64,000 bases of DNA from Mustelus asterias (Eukaryota): positions 44,454,001 to 44,518,000 of the forward strand of contig NC_135819.1 of assembly GCF_964213995.1 (NCBI RefSeq), given 5' to 3'. Below, piece after piece: positions 62,328-64,000 of this stretch (its first letter is position 1; each line of letters opens with the position of its first letter). The notes beneath the pieces were generated by a model that made no database searches, was not told the DNA's origin, and worked only from the letters and a program-made list of their open reading frames with translations. The position numbers and the translations under genes were made by a program.

Positions 62328-63073
62328 CTTTTGCTACCAAATAAACCTGTTGGACTTTAACCTGGTGTTGTTAAACTTACTGTGTTTACCCCAGTCCAAC
62401 GCCGGCATCTCCACATCATAGACGGATCAGGACAGGAAGGATGGTATGTCGGGAGTGGCATGAGATGGGGGAATCATATGGGAGGAGGGGAGAGAACAGG
62501 AGGGGATAGCGTGAAAATAAAAAGGGATAGCATGGGAAGTTTGCGATTGGGAACAAGGTGGCATGGATGCAGAAGACATAGAAAGAAGGGCTAGATTGGC
62601 TGAGAATGATAGGAATGAAAGAAATGGGATGGGTATGGATATGAGAGGGTTGGCCTGGGAAGGATGGAATGTGGCTGGTAATGGCACAGGAAAGTACTGT
62701 GGGAAATGGGAAAGGTACACCATGATAGGAGTCACATGAGAAGAATGGAAAGGTCTGGGATAACATACCAAGTGACAGTAAAAATTTCACCACAAAGGCT
62801 TTGTTGGTCCATATCATAATACGGTGGATGTTATAATAAATACATCCTTCTCACTTGGGAGCTTCGCATGCAGTGGAGAAATATGAGAATGAAAGGGCAT
62901 GGCAGTTGATGCATGTTAGAAATTATCTATTATTATCTATCATTCCACGAACTGTTATGTCAGGAGTACAACTTCCTACAAGCTGCATTCAAATTTACAA
63001 CTTAACGACCAGAGAAACAAATGTTTTCAAAGCAAACAATTAAAAGGATAATGTGAGGTAGAAAATGAAAGTT

Positions 63074-63956
63074 GAGGAGGTGGGGAGGCTGCAGAAAGAT
63101 TTAGACAGTTTAGGAGAGTGGTCCAAGAAGTGGCTGATGAAATTCAACGTGGGCAAGTGCGAGGTCGTGTACTTTGGAAAAAAGAATAGAGGCATGGACT
63201 ATTTTCTAAACGGTGACAAAATTCATAATGCTAAAGTGCAAAGGGACTTGGGAGTCCTAGTCCAGGATTCTCTAAAGGTAAACTTGCAGGTTGAGTCCGT
63301 AATTAAGAAAGCAAATGTAATGTTGTCATTTATCTCAAGAGGCTTGGAATACAAAAGCAGGGATGTACTTCTGAGGCTTTATAAAGCACTGATTAGGCCC
63401 CATTTGGAGTACTGTGAGCAATTTTGGGCCCCACACCTCAGGAAGGACATACTGGCACTGGAGCGGGTCCAGCGGAGATTCACACGGATGATCCCAGGAA
63501 TGGTAGGCCTGACATACGATGAACGTCTGAGGATTGTGGGATTATATTCATTGGAGTTTAGGAGGTTGAGGGGAGATCTGGTAGAGACTTACAAGATAAT
63601 GAATGGCTTAGATAGGATGGACGTAGGGAAGTTGTTTCCATTAGCAGGGGAGACTAGGACGCGGGGGCACAGCCTTAGAATAAAAGGGAGTCACTTTAGA
63701 ACAGAGATGAGGAGAAATTTCTTCAGCCAGAGAGTGGTAGGTCTGTGGAATTCATTGCCACAGAGGGCTGTGGAGGCCGAGACGTTGAGCGTCTTCAAGA
63801 CAGAAATTGATAAATTCTTGATTTCTCGAGGAATTAAGGGCTATGGGGAGAGAGCGGGTAAATGGAGTTGAAATCAACCATGATTGAATGGTGGAGTGGA
63901 CTCGATGGGCCGAATGGCCTTACTTCCGCTCCTATGTCTTATGGTCTTATCTTGTG
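63074..63956 (+). mobile_element. Young truncated CR1, copy 5
   Basis: ORF 63065-63871. Confidence 0.95.
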
Positions 63957-64000
63957 GTTATATTTGTTAATGAGTCAGTGATAGACCACACAGAGATGGA

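Larger units (their letters stand above)
54635..64000. repeat. Tandem macro-repeat copy 5 (partial; private CR1 insertion and 14-bp deletion)
   Basis: Offset versus copy 1 shifts from 54634 to 55113 (+479) across 56377-57020. Confidence 0.97.

Noticed and set aside
1-64000. CRISPR array, operon or other prokaryotic system
   Set aside because: No short repeat-spacer structure, low coding density, spliceosomal introns and vertebrate retroelements throughout.

Overview
Eukaryotic genomic DNA, most likely from a shark or other elasmobranch, judged from HE1/V-SINE-like and SacSINE1/Deu-like SINEs, CR1 LINEs and a Penelope remnant. The whole window is a head-to-tail array of about 4.6 copies of a ~14.17-kb unit (unit starts 1, 12114, 26286, 40462, 54635). 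Copy 1 is interrupted by a 200-N gap, and the copies differ at only scattered sites. Each unit lies inside one minus-strand, intron-rich gene resembling a gel-forming mucin. Per unit I read five Thr/Ser/Pro-rich micro-exons (60, 60, 60, 66, 60 nt) and one 360-nt CysD/WxxW exon. All have GT/AG sites and symmetric phase 1-1, so they splice into a stop-free 666-nt (222-aa) PTS-CysD module. A sixth micro-exon has lost its donor. The ORF track does not call the micro-exons. Introns are filled with retroelement relics, including a Penelope fragment with an 8-bp TSD and a minimal hammerhead ribozyme, and a new CR1 insertion found only in copy 5. The start and end of the gene lie outside the window. 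Repeat-family names come from recall of consensus motifs, not database searches, and transposon boundaries are approximate.
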